64,000 nt of DNA from Dehalococcoidia bacterium (GCA_965197805.1 OZ240229.1:3135748-3199747); one strand, 5' to 3'; shown: positions 9,403 to 19,077, numbered from the stretch's first letter. Numbers and translations are program-made. Notes: generated from the sequence alone by a model not told the origin.

Positions 9403-10749
9403 CTAGAACTCCGGCGCAAGGCTCACACCCAGAGTCGCCTCGCACCAAGCCGCCACCGCAAACATCCGCTTTTCTTCCAGCGAACCCGTTGCTAGGGTGA
9501 CCCCCAAGGGCAGCCCATTGGCGCTCAAGCCTGACGGCACGTTGATGGTGGGCATTCCGGCAAAGGTCCAAGGCACTTGCAACACTGGGTCGCCGGTGGT
9601 GGAAGTGTCTGGGGCTTCCGATGGGGCCGTGGGAACTATCAGAGCGTCGTAACGGGCTGCAACTTCGTTCAGCTCACGAGAGACAACGCGACGGAGGCGC
9701 GAGGCCTGCAGGTAGCGCGGGCCAGGCACCAGCATACCCATTTCGATGTTGGCCCGGATGTTGGGGCTGTAGTCGTCCTTGTGGTCGCGGAAGACCTCCT
9801 CATGGTACGCCGCGCACTCAGTGTTGCTTAGGACGCGGTGTGCGCCGGAGACATAGCTGAAGCTGGGCGGAGCCTCGACTTCCTCGATGGTTGCCCCAGC
9901 CGAGGCCAACTTCTGCACCGCGGAATCAGTGTGGGCCCGCACCTCGTCGTCGCAATGCTCGTAGAAGTACTGGCGCATCAGGCCCAGTCGCGGTGGAGTT
10001 TGCTGGCGCGACAAGGCTGCCATGTAGTCAGGCACAGGGGCGAGGGAGGAGCTGGGGTCGTCGGGGTCGTATCCGGCCAGGACCCCCAGCATGAGGGCGG
10101 CATCGCGCACGGTGCGCACCAAGACACCCACATGGTCCAGCGACCACGCCACCGGAATCACGCCTGCGCGGCTTATGCGTCCGTAGGTCGCCTTGAGACC
10201 GACGATGCCGTTGTAAGCGGCAGGGCGCACTGTCGATCCCGCAGTCTGCGAACCCAAGGCTACGGCGCACATGCGGGAGGCCACGGCCACGCAGGAGCCG
10301 CTGCTGGAGCCTCCAGCTGTATGGTCGGGGTGGTAGGGATTGACGGCAATGGATGGGTCGGAAGTGGCGAACTCGGTGGTCATGGCCTTGCCGAGAACGA
10401 TGCCCCCCGCTTCCTTCATCTTGCGGACGCTGGTGGCGTCGAAATCGGGGACGAAATCGGCGTACACCTTGGAGTTGGCCGTGGTCTTCATGCCTGCGGT
10501 GTAGTAGATATCCTTCAGACCCACGGGGACGCCGTGCATTGGACCCAGTATGTGACCTTGGGTCACCTCTTCTTCCCTCTGACGGGCGTGCAGCAGCACG
10601 TCCTCGCGGTCGATGGTGATCCATGCGTTCAGGCGCTCGAGGGAGTCGATTCGTTCCAGCAGGGACTGGGCCAAGGCCACTGGCGAGAGGCTGCCATTGC
10701 GCACCTGCTCTGCTGCTTCTGCTACGTCAAGTTCAAATGGTTCAGGCAA
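9403..10749 (-). CDS. Amidase signature family protein
   Basis: GVPVGLKD, GGSSSGS, GSQTAGSTVRPA. Confidence 0.93.
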   Translation of the reverse strand: MPEPFELDVAEAAEQVRNGSLSPVALAQSLLERIDSLERLNAWITIDREDVLLHARQREEEVTQGHILGPMHGVPVGLKDIYYTAGMKTTANSKVYADFVPDFDATSVRKMKEAGGIVLGKAMTTEFATSDPSIAVNPYHPDHTAGGSSSGSCVAVASRMCAVALGSQTAGSTVRPAAYNGIVGLKATYGRISRAGVIPVAWSLDHVGVLVRTVRDAALMLGVLAGYDPDDPSSSLAPVPDYMAALSRQQTPPRLGLMRQYFYEHCDDEVRAHTDSAVQKLASAGATIEEVEAPPSFSYVSGAHRVLSNTECAAYHEEVFRDHKDDYSPNIRANIEMGMLVPGPRYLQASRLRRVVSRELNEVAARYDALIVPTAPSEAPDTSTTGDPVLQVPWTFAGMPTINVPSGLSANGLPLGVTLATGSLEEKRMFAVAAWCEATLGVSLAPEF

Positions 10750-10934
10750 TGCTCACCCCCGTTATCGTCCGTTCATTGACGCCGGTCGTTGAAGTTGTGC
10801 ATGTGGCGGCCATTATAGCTGCCGAGCCACCCGTGTCATACCTGCGCCTTGCCACCACACTTGGCTACAGGTATCCTTGGAATGCACCTTGCAGCCTTAC
10901 TGTGAGGCATCTACGCCAACGAGGAATAGCGGAT

Positions 10935-11300
10935 TTGCGGGTCGTCAGGATATACACTGGGAGCGACGGCGAAAGCCATATCGAGGACCTGGACCCGGAC
11001 GTTGCGCCGGATTTCCAGTCGCCCAGAGTGGCCACCAAGGTCTCACTGACCCGTATGCCCCAAGGTCGGTATCTGGACTTCCACCCTGCTCCGGAACGCC
11101 GTTGGTCGGTGAACATAGCGGGCGAGGTGGAGATCGGCTTGGGCGACGGGAGCTTTCACCGCTTCGGGGTCGGCGATTTACGACTGATGGAAGACACCAC
11201 AGGACGCGGCCATAACACCCGTGCCCTGCAGGACACCGCATGGCTGATGGTGACGGTGGACCCCGAACTGATAGTTGACGGGCCTGAGAGATTAGCCTAG
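10935..11300 (+). CDS. Small cupin-domain protein, array copy 1
   Basis: YTGSDGESH...FHPAP..RW...GLGDG...GD..LMEDTTGRGH; TTG start with GAGGA RBS. Confidence 0.85.
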   Translation: MRVVRIYTGSDGESHIEDLDPDVAPDFQSPRVATKVSLTRMPQGRYLDFHPAPERRWSVNIAGEVEIGLGDGSFHRFGVGDLRLMEDTTGRGHNTRALQDTAWLMVTVDPELIVDGPERLA

Positions 11301-11444
11301 CTCCTATATTCGGGCATCCTAGAGCGTGACCGGTTATGCTCTAAGGCCCGAGTCACTGTGGGAATAGACGAGGACACCCCGGCGGGCGAAAGCCTCACGG
11401 AATAAGACAACAAGACCATCGAGAAAAAAATAAGGAGACGACAC

Positions 11445-11777
11445 GTGGGCATACACCGCATGTACACCGGAAGCGACGGCGAGACCCATATTGAGGAGTT
11501 GCCGCTGGAGTCCCATCCAGAGTTCGGCAACCTGCAGAACGTCAAGGGGATGCGCATCCAGCGCACCGAAGGCGGACGGTTCATCGATTGGCATCCCGCT
11601 CCCGACAAGCGTTGGCTGATAATACTTTCGGGAGACATGGAGATCGGCTTGGGCGACGGCACCACGCACCAGTTCCATGCTGGCGACATCCGGCTCATCG
11701 AAGACGTTACAGGTCACGGCCATACCACCCGTTACCTCACCACGAATATCTCGGCGGTCATGCCTCTGGCCGACTAA
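11445..11777 (+). CDS. Small cupin-domain protein, array copy 2
   Basis: YTGSDGETH...WHPAP...GLGDG...EDVTGHGH; GTG start, AAGGAG RBS. Confidence 0.88.
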   Translation: MGIHRMYTGSDGETHIEELPLESHPEFGNLQNVKGMRIQRTEGGRFIDWHPAPDKRWLIILSGDMEIGLGDGTTHQFHAGDIRLIEDVTGHGHTTRYLTTNISAVMPLAD

Positions 11778-11852
11778 GGCTCCGACGGACCAGTTGACGA
11801 CAGAAGTCAGTACAGCAGAGTTCAACAACACGGACCATTGAAGGGGGAGACG

Positions 11853-12206
11853 TTGGGCATTTACAGGTGTTATAGCGGAAACGATGGAGAGAGCCATCTG
11901 GAGCAGCTGGATTTCGACAGCAATGCTGCGCTCCAAGAGTTACAGAAGTCGGAAGGCCTGAGCTTTCGGAGGCCGGGAGTGGGCGGACCTGCGCCGGGCA
12001 TCGTGAATGACGCCGACGGGTTCCACTGCGCTCCCACGCCCCGCTGGAGCGTCATCCTGCAGGGTAGCGCCGTAGTCGGCTTGGGCGATGGCAGCAAGCA
12101 CGACTTTGGCGTCGGCGACATCATCCTGTTCGAGGACCTCACGGGCCACGGCCACCAGTCCACTTGGAATGATGTGATTCTGGCAACGAACGTCATGGAC
12201 GCGTAG
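11853..12206 (+). CDS. Small cupin-domain protein, array copy 3
   Basis: YSGNDGESH...FHCAP...GLGDG...EDLTGHGH; TTG start aligned to paralogues. Confidence 0.85.
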   Translation: MGIYRCYSGNDGESHLEQLDFDSNAALQELQKSEGLSFRRPGVGGPAPGIVNDADGFHCAPTPRWSVILQGSAVVGLGDGSKHDFGVGDIILFEDLTGHGHQSTWNDVILATNVMDA

Positions 12207-12278
12207 CGGAATCTCCATAGCAAACTCAGCATACAACCGCAGGGGCAGCCAGCGTGGCTGCGCCTCACGGAGGGCGAT

Positions 12279-12629
12279 TTGGGAATCTACAGGACTTACG
12301 CCGGAGACGACGGCGAGAGCCATATCGAAGAACTGGAATTCTCGCAACACCCCGAGCTGGGAGACCTGCAACTGCTACAGGGGTTGCGATTGAGGCAACC
12401 CCAGGCGCAGCAGCACCCGCCGGGAGACCCGCGCGCCTTTCACAACGCCCCCCAACGCCAGTGGGTTGTCATCGTGGAGGGACGGGCCACGGTTGGGCTG
12501 GGCGACGGCAACACCCACGACTTCCAGAAGGGCGACATGGTCCTCTTTGAGGACGTGACGGGCCACGGCCACACCATCAATTGGCCCGACCCATCCATGC
12601 TGTGTGTGATGCCCCTACTGAACCAGTAG
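12279..12629 (+). CDS. Small cupin-domain protein, array copy 4
   Basis: YAGDDGESH...FHNAP...GLGDG...EDVTGHGH; TTG start, GGAGG RBS. Confidence 0.88.
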   Translation: MGIYRTYAGDDGESHIEELEFSQHPELGDLQLLQGLRLRQPQAQQHPPGDPRAFHNAPQRQWVVIVEGRATVGLGDGNTHDFQKGDMVLFEDVTGHGHTINWPDPSMLCVMPLLNQ

Positions 12630-12726
12630 CGACCAACATATCCTTGCCCCATGGAGGGATCGAACAAGACTCTCTCCCATCGGAGGGGACGGAACTGCCT
12701 TCCCTATAGATGGGGACGTAACCAAT

Positions 12727-12766
12727 CCCTTCCCCCTTGAGGGGGGGAAGGTTAGGATGGGGGTGA
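12727..12766. repeat. REP-like hairpin (type B)
   Basis: CCTTCCCCC-N6-GGGGGAAGG followed by ttaggatgggggtga; degenerate relatives at ~4810-4870, 24238-24276 and 55287-55325. Confidence 0.65.
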
Positions 12767-12770
12767 CATC

Positions 12771-13121
12771 TTGGGAAATTACCGCGTTTACGCCGGAGAT
12801 GACGGTCAGAGCCATCTCGCAGAGTTCAATCTCTCAGAACGCCCGGACCTGACCAACACTGACCAGATTCGCGGGCTGCAGATACGTCCGCCCAGCTCAC
12901 GCAACGCACAGGAGGCCGCTGGCCTAGCCGAGTTCCACAACGCACCGAACCGGCGCCTCGCCACATGGCTCGCAGGCCACACCGAGGTCGGCCTAGGCGA
13001 CGGGAGCACCCACCGCTTCGGCCCCGGCGATTTGGTGATATTCGAGGACACCACCGGCCAAGGCCACACCACGAGGGTGAGCGAGGATACGATCACGGTG
13101 TTTGTTTTGTTGCCGGATTAG
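12771..13121 (+). CDS. Small cupin-domain protein, array copy 5
   Basis: YAGDDGQSH...FHNAP...GLGDG...EDTTGQGH; TTG start. Confidence 0.88.
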   Translation: MGNYRVYAGDDGQSHLAEFNLSERPDLTNTDQIRGLQIRPPSSRNAQEAAGLAEFHNAPNRRLATWLAGHTEVGLGDGSTHRFGPGDLVIFEDTTGQGHTTRVSEDTITVFVLLPD

Positions 13122-13248
13122 GCGTCCGAACGCCTCACCGCCATCATCCTCCTCCCTAGTTCGACATGAAGGGTGGTCTGGGGCCGGATGGCCGACACTC
13201 CGAACTAGCCTGAGCTACGGTATCTGAACACTTGACCTGGCCGAACGA

Positions 13249-14385
13249 TCAGAAATACTTCTGGCGAACCAGTTCGTTCACAGGCCCTTGAAGCTCCGCC
13301 AAAAGACTCTCATCAATGGTGTCGGTCCACCAGTGAGCAATGTCATTCCTGTAGTTGGTCAATTCCTGCAGGGTCTTCTTCCCCGCCACGATTACGGTGT
13401 CGCGCTCGATATCTCCTTGGTAACCAAGACACTTCCGCGCCGAATCCTGTAAAGCTTGCCAAAGCTGCAAGTAATGAAGTCGCTGGTAAGCATCATCCTT
13501 GTACTCATCTCTGTACATGGAGTTGACCAAGAGGGCCATGTGCGGAGTACCGATATCTGGTGTCATAGCTGCAATTGCTTGCTTTATATCAGCTACCCTG
13601 TTTCTGTATGCCAAGACATCCATGGGTCGCCCTACCTTTAATCTTGCCGAAAATGTGACCCGGGACATCATTACCCACTGGCCGTCATCGGTCACTAGAC
13701 AACTCTGATCCACGTACCTAGGTATCGGATCCGTTACCCGCTGACTAGCTCGGACGCCCGCCAAGACCAAATTCACTTCTAGCTGATTGTTGGGTATTTC
13801 GGGCCACGCTCCATCAATGGTGGCCTCAGCGATTATGAACTTCTCCCCTACCCTACCGCCCACGAGCATTGGTACCTCTTCACCATCTTCGAAGATTACT
13901 TCGTCTACCAGGCAACATTCGCCATTGACCATCGCCACAGGTGTCAACTGGCTGGACTCCTCGATGACCAAGAACACAGGAGCTTGGCCGTTTTGTTGCA
14001 GTGTAATCTTCTCATAAGTTTCTCTGCCTGCATGTCGCAAGCTGATGCTTATGGCGTAGTGATTACTGTAGGTAGAACTTTCGAAGTAGGACGTCAAATC
14101 TGAAACTACACATGCGCGGACCGAAGCAGACGCATAGACCTCATAGTGCGTCTCATCACGATCAGGATGGAAATCAATCGGAAACTCGAAAATCTGTGTA
14201 TGACAATAGCCACTGATTGTGCAACGGAACTCTCTACCCCCTAAACCCGAGTACATGCCCTGCACTCCGGATAGCGTAATGTGTGTTTCCGAAGAACTGG
14301 GTTCTAGAGACTTCTGCCGATCCGCTACCGTCCGACCCGCTCTGGTTGGTCGATTCCTTCCGGCCTTTCGTTTCTTCCTGCCCAT
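13249..14385 (-). CDS. Hypothetical protein with C-terminal HEPN-like RxxxxH motif (MauJ/ApeA-like)
   Basis: YLQLWQAL helix then YRNDIAH; visibly lower GC than flanks; ATG at 14385. Confidence 0.6.
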   Translation of the reverse strand: MGRKKRKAGRNRPTRAGRTVADRQKSLEPSSSETHITLSGVQGMYSGLGGREFRCTISGYCHTQIFEFPIDFHPDRDETHYEVYASASVRACVVSDLTSYFESSTYSNHYAISISLRHAGRETYEKITLQQNGQAPVFLVIEESSQLTPVAMVNGECCLVDEVIFEDGEEVPMLVGGRVGEKFIIAEATIDGAWPEIPNNQLEVNLVLAGVRASQRVTDPIPRYVDQSCLVTDDGQWVMMSRVTFSARLKVGRPMDVLAYRNRVADIKQAIAAMTPDIGTPHMALLVNSMYRDEYKDDAYQRLHYLQLWQALQDSARKCLGYQGDIERDTVIVAGKKTLQELTNYRNDIAHWWTDTIDESLLAELQGPVNELVRQKYF

Positions 14386-14462
14386 TGTGAATTCACTCTT
14401 CTTGGAATTGCCATTCTGGTTTTGCCTCCGGTGACTCAAAGACAATAAGCACCGCCTACCAA

Positions 14463-15389
14463 CTATCCCAGCAGCGGCAACACTTCCCGGTGCAGTCTTT
14501 CCAACTGCGACACGTCGGGGTGGGGGAAGCCCAGGAGCACCAGGTTGACCCCACTTTCGACGTAGGTGTTGATGTAGTCGGCGCATTCTTGGGGGGTGCC
14601 CATGGCGCAGAGGTTGTCTACGTCGTATTGGGGGCCGTAGTAGCCGGTGAGGGTGGGGAATAGGCGCTCACGTGAGCGCTCTCGGTTGTCGTCTATCGAG
14701 GTGTAGATGATTTTCCCGAGAGGACGGTCGTTCCAGTCGCGGCCTGCATCGGCGGCATAGCCAACAATGGTCTCGCACCGCTGGCGCATTTCATCCGGCG
14801 ATCCGGCCCCGCCGTTGATCCAGCCATCGGATTGCACGCCCGCGCGGCGCAGGGCGGCGTCCGACGTGCCAGCCAGCAGCAGCGGAATACCTCCCGCTTG
14901 CACCGGACGCATCGCCAGCGACACGTTCTCCAACTGGAAATGACGGCCTTGGTGCGAGACCGAGTCCTCGGTCCACAAGCGTGGTAGCAGGCTCAACGTC
15001 TCCTCGTAGCGTCCCATTCGCCTGCCCATGGGGATGCCCATGGCTTCGAATTCCGCTGGCTGTCCTCCAAGGGAGAGGCCGAAGTTCATCCGCCCACCTG
15101 ACAGGTAGTCGACACTGGCCACGTCGTTGGCCAGCGCGACGGGGTGGCGCAGCGAAGCAAGCACCACTGCCGTGCCTAGGCGAATGCGAGTGGTGGCCGC
15201 CGCCGCAGTCGCCAGCATGGTGAAGGGCTGCACCACTCTCACGCGGTGCAGCACTCGTTCCGTCGCCCAAATCGAGTGGAAGCCCATCTCATCGGCTGCG
15301 CGGAAGAAACTGGTGAACTCGTCAGGGCGTGGGAGGTCGCCCGGAAAGGCGCTGGGTACAAGAAGACCCACGTTGGGAGCTGCGGCCAT
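14463..15389 (-). CDS. Luciferase-like (LLM) flavin-dependent oxidoreductase
   Basis: GFHSIWATE, AAATTRIRLGTAV, RHPVALA..ASVDYLSGGR. Confidence 0.92.
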   Translation of the reverse strand: MAAAPNVGLLVPSAFPGDLPRPDEFTSFFRAADEMGFHSIWATERVLHRVRVVQPFTMLATAAAATTRIRLGTAVVLASLRHPVALANDVASVDYLSGGRMNFGLSLGGQPAEFEAMGIPMGRRMGRYEETLSLLPRLWTEDSVSHQGRHFQLENVSLAMRPVQAGGIPLLLAGTSDAALRRAGVQSDGWINGGAGSPDEMRQRCETIVGYAADAGRDWNDRPLGKIIYTSIDDNRERSRERLFPTLTGYYGPQYDVDNLCAMGTPQECADYINTYVESGVNLVLLGFPHPDVSQLERLHREVLPLLG

Positions 15390-15562
15390 TGGTATCCTCC
15401 ATCTTATGGCGAGTGTTCATGGTAAGCGGTCAGGCCATTATACCCGGTGTCTCAGTTGACCCATTCCCCAGCATGTGTCGATAATGCACGGGCCGTTTCA
15501 CAAGCCATCCAAACGTGGCTGCCATTCGCGGCGGCACTAACTCAGTCACAGGAGAAATATCG

Positions 15563-17242
15563 ATGACCAGTTCGGGAAAGATCACCGGAAGTCACCTCAT
15601 CGCCCAAGCCCTCAAGCTGGAGGGCGTGCACAACGTCTTCACTCTAGCTGGCGACCACATTCTGCCGGTGCTGGACGTGATGAGCGATCTGGACTTCCGG
15701 TTCATCGACACCCGCCACGAGCAGGCCGCAGTACACATGGCCGACTCTTGGGGGCGGATCACACGTCAGCCCGGTGTCTGCATGTACACCACACCTGGGT
15801 TCGCCAACGCCATTCCGGGGCTGGCCCACGCCATGCATAGCGAGAGCCCGGTGATATCCATCGCCGGTTCCGCCGAGTTCAGCCAGTTGGGCAAGGGGGC
15901 CATGCAGGAGATACCCCAAGTGGAGATGGCGGCCCCTGTCACCAAGGCCTCTTGGATGGTACAGGATGCCCGGCGTATTCCTGAGTTCATCGCCCGTGCC
16001 ATGCGCACCGCTTATAGCGGGCGTCGCGGGCCTGTTCACCTGACCATACCCATGGACATCCAAGAGCAGGAGGTGGACGAGGAGGATATCGTCGTCTACA
16101 ACCCCCGCGAGTACCGCGCCGACGAGGACGTTTACGCCAACCCGGAACTGGTGCGTCGGGCCATCGGCCTGCTGCGCCAAGCCCAGCGACCCTTGGTGGT
16201 TGCCTCCGGTCCGGCAACCCACCGTGGCTCAGGGTCATTTCTTGAGAAGTTTATCGAAACCACCCGCCTGCCCCTCATGACCGAGGAGCACGCGCGTGGA
16301 CTGGTCTCCGACGACCATCCCTATTGCTATGGGTTCTTCGACCAAGGCCTGAATGACGCGGCCCGCCTGCTGCGTGAGGCCGACGTCGTCGTGATGCTGG
16401 GCCGAAAGCAGGACTACAGCATCCGATACGCCCAGCCACCCACCATCGCCGCCAATGCATCCATCATCCAAATCGACCCCTCGGCCGCGGAAATCGGACG
16501 CAACCGAGGCGTGGCAGTGGGCATCGTGGGAGATGTCGCCAGTGTCGTTGACCAGATGACCGAGGAGGCCTCCAAGCACACTTGGACCGACCTGCCTTGG
16601 CTGGGCCGTCTCAAGGAGGCGCAGGATGCCCAAGCCGAGCGCGTCAACAGCATGGCTGTGGAGGCCACGCCGATGCATGCCACCTACGTCCACAAGACGG
16701 TGGGCCCCATGCTCAGCCCCGACGACATTCTGGTGTTCGATGGTGGCGACTTCTGCCACTGGGGCCGCGCCTATCATCCTGCCAAGCGGGATGCTGGCTG
16801 GCTTTACATCCCGTCCTTAGGCATGCTGGGCTCGGCGATACCCACGGCCCTCGCCGCCAAGGTGGCCTTCCCTGATAGCCGGGTGGTCTGTTTCAACGGC
16901 GACGGCTCCTTCGGCTTCAACGCCATGGAGATTGACACCGCGGTGCGTCACCAGATAGCGGTGAAGATGATATTGGGCAACGACGCTGCATGGGGCATCG
17001 ACCGCCAGATACAAATCGGCCTCTATGGTCGCCCCGTGGCCACAGACCTGCTGCCCCAGCGCTACGACCTGATTGCCCAAGGCTTGGGCGCACACAGCGA
17101 GATCGTGGAGCGCCCCGAGGACTTGGTGCCCGCAGTGCAACGGGCCTTCGACGCCCCCGGCCCAGCACTGGTCAACGTGATGGTGGACCGGGCCATCAGC
17201 CCACGAGCGCAGGCGGCGATCAACCGACGACGAGCGGGGTAG
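15563..17242 (+). CDS. Thiamine diphosphate-dependent enzyme (acetolactate synthase/2-hydroxyacyl-CoA lyase-like)
   Basis: RHEQAAVHMAD, DGGDF, GDGSFGF...GND ThDP motif; AGGAG RBS. Confidence 0.92.
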   Translation: MTSSGKITGSHLIAQALKLEGVHNVFTLAGDHILPVLDVMSDLDFRFIDTRHEQAAVHMADSWGRITRQPGVCMYTTPGFANAIPGLAHAMHSESPVISIAGSAEFSQLGKGAMQEIPQVEMAAPVTKASWMVQDARRIPEFIARAMRTAYSGRRGPVHLTIPMDIQEQEVDEEDIVVYNPREYRADEDVYANPELVRRAIGLLRQAQRPLVVASGPATHRGSGSFLEKFIETTRLPLMTEEHARGLVSDDHPYCYGFFDQGLNDAARLLREADVVVMLGRKQDYSIRYAQPPTIAANASIIQIDPSAAEIGRNRGVAVGIVGDVASVVDQMTEEASKHTWTDLPWLGRLKEAQDAQAERVNSMAVEATPMHATYVHKTVGPMLSPDDILVFDGGDFCHWGRAYHPAKRDAGWLYIPSLGMLGSAIPTALAAKVAFPDSRVVCFNGDGSFGFNAMEIDTAVRHQIAVKMILGNDAAWGIDRQIQIGLYGRPVATDLLPQRYDLIAQGLGAHSEIVERPEDLVPAVQRAFDAPGPALVNVMVDRAISPRAQAAINRRRAG

Positions 17243-17256
17243 GCGTGTCTGAGGCC

Positions 17257-17586
17257 ATGACAATCGCGGTAACCGAAGATACGCTTACTGCCGAGTTGTC
17301 GGATGGAAGAACCATCTCGGTCCCGTTGGCTTGGTATCCCCGTCTGGTGTACGCAACGCCTCAGGAGAGGAGCAATTGGGATCTGATTGGAGGCGGGCAA
17401 GGGATTCACTGGCCCAATTTGGACGAGGACATCAGCATAGAGGGCTTGCTCGCAGGTCAAAAGTCGGGGGAAAGCCACCGGTCTTTCCAGCAATGGCTTG
17501 AGGCGAAAAAGGCGAGGCGGGGGCTCACGCTGAACGAACTCACCGACTACGAAGAGAAACGACAACGGGGGTCTGATGGCCAGTAG
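17257..17586 (+). CDS. DUF2442 domain protein (orphan TA-type component)
   Basis: LSDGRTISVPLAWYPRL..ATP.ER.NW..IG.G.GIHWP.LDEDISIEGLL. Confidence 0.85.
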   Translation: MTIAVTEDTLTAELSDGRTISVPLAWYPRLVYATPQERSNWDLIGGGQGIHWPNLDEDISIEGLLAGQKSGESHRSFQQWLEAKKARRGLTLNELTDYEEKRQRGSDGQ

Positions 17587-17696
17587 GCGTAAAGCACCCG
17601 AAGGCTGGAAGCTGGTGTGTTAGGGAAAGTGTTGGGCAACGACGCTGCGAGATATAGACCGACCTCTGGGGCCGTTGGATCAGCAGTTTCTGCGAT

Positions 17697-18344
17697 TCAC
17701 TCGGGGGCTGGTGTTCGCTCTTCGAGTGAGTGCCAGTAAACGGCCCCGGATTCCACGGCTTCCTCCGCCTCTCTGTCGTTTCTCATGCTGGCCATTGCCG
17801 CCTGCGCCGTCTTCCCGGTGAATCGGGTAATGAGTTCCGCGTTGCGGATGGCTCTGACCAGTTCCCTCCGGTCTGCCGTATAGGAAATCTCCATGACAAC
17901 GTACTTGGTGTCCGTCCCGTCTCTGGCCTCAATCACCAAGTCGGCGTTTCGGAAGCTCCGGAGAGTGCCTCTGTCCAGATTGCCTCCCGCCATCTGACTC
18001 AGGTCCTCTCTGGAGAGGGTGCGGATGTAATCCAACCCTATGTCGGAGGCAATTCCGATGGCATCCTGAATGGTTCGCACCCTAGCATACTCTACCTGGA
18101 GGGCGCCCATGTCGCCTTCCATACGATCGAAACGGGCGTCAACACGGTCGAAACGGGCGTCAACATTCTTGTTCCAAGCCTTTTGCCCCTCATTGAAAGC
18201 CGCCTGTAGTTGAGTGAACGCTTCAAACTTAACCGGGAGCTCAAGCAGCTCGTCGCTCAGAATGCGGGCACGGACAGCCTCTCGCCACGAGGAATTGGCG
18301 TCCAAGGCTTTGAGAAAGTCGTCTAGAGAGTTGATAGTCGTCAC
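17697..18344 (-). CDS. Coiled-coil plus PD-(D/E)XK-like hypothetical protein
   Basis: VDARFDR x2 heptad repeat, ADLVIEA...VVMEISYT nuclease-like motif; GTG start 6 nt after TATAAT. Confidence 0.7.
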   Translation of the reverse strand: MTTINSLDDFLKALDANSSWREAVRARILSDELLELPVKFEAFTQLQAAFNEGQKAWNKNVDARFDRVDARFDRMEGDMGALQVEYARVRTIQDAIGIASDIGLDYIRTLSREDLSQMAGGNLDRGTLRSFRNADLVIEARDGTDTKYVVMEISYTADRRELVRAIRNAELITRFTGKTAQAAMASMRNDREAEEAVESGAVYWHSLEERTPAPE

Positions 18345-18489
18345 GAGGGAATTATACTCTTTCCCCTGGCTTGTCGCTGGCTGGCTTTCGTGACGCCCCA
18401 TGCCCCGCATTGGGCACCGTGATGGTGGGCCGCGCCGTCAGCCCACCTGCAGAGGCGGCGATTAACAGGCGCCTGGTGGGGTGGGTAGA

Positions 18490-19077
18490 CTAAACGACTT
18501 CCATCACTCTGACGTCCGAGACGACGTAATCATACCGCTCGAAGAAGGTTGACCACTTGTCTGGATTCTCGTTGTAGCTTCGTATCCAACTTACGATTCC
18601 GTTGGGCAATACATCCAAGAGGAAGAGCGCACTATGAAAGCTCTTACCTGTTTCATCATCGAAGGGCAAGCCGTCGTTGACTGGAGCGACGTAAGGGAAC
18701 AGCCTTTTGGCTTTACCAGATGATACTTTTCGCGATTCCAGATTCGTCATATGGACAAGGGAGTTCCGCAACTCCCACAATTCTTGGGACGTGGCCCCCA
18801 ATTTATCAAGGTCACAATATCTGTCTAACCATTTGGTGAACGAGTCTCTGTCATTGCCCGAGTCGATATAGGCGAGTGAATCGACCATGCAGAATAACAG
18901 CTTAAGCGCAGAGACGTATTTCTTTGCATTCCAGAGTATCTTGATGGCATCAAGAAAATCATCCCTAAGTAGTCTGTTAAGATCAAGTCCGCCCTCGGCC
19001 ATATAGGTCTCCAAGTAGTCGAGTCCATGCGACGACATCACGCTCCCATTCTTGATGGTCATTGCCCTCTTGGACAC
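18490..19077 (-). CDS. Hypothetical protein with HEPN-like RxxxxH motif
   Basis: LWELRNSLVH; LKLLFCMVDSLA helix; lower GC; start uncertain. Confidence 0.6.
   Translation of the reverse strand: MSKRAMTIKNGSVMSSHGLDYLETYMAEGGLDLNRLLRDDFLDAIKILWNAKKYVSALKLLFCMVDSLAYIDSGNDRDSFTKWLDRYCDLDKLGATSQELWELRNSLVHMTNLESRKVSSGKAKRLFPYVAPVNDGLPFDDETGKSFHSALFLLDVLPNGIVSWIRSYNENPDKWSTFFERYDYVVSDVRVMEVV

Noticed and set aside
10935-13121. Integron cassette array or DGR explaining the cupin repeats
   Set aside because: No attC-like repeats, integrase or reverse transcriptase; spacers are unrelated and divergence is not adenine-specific.
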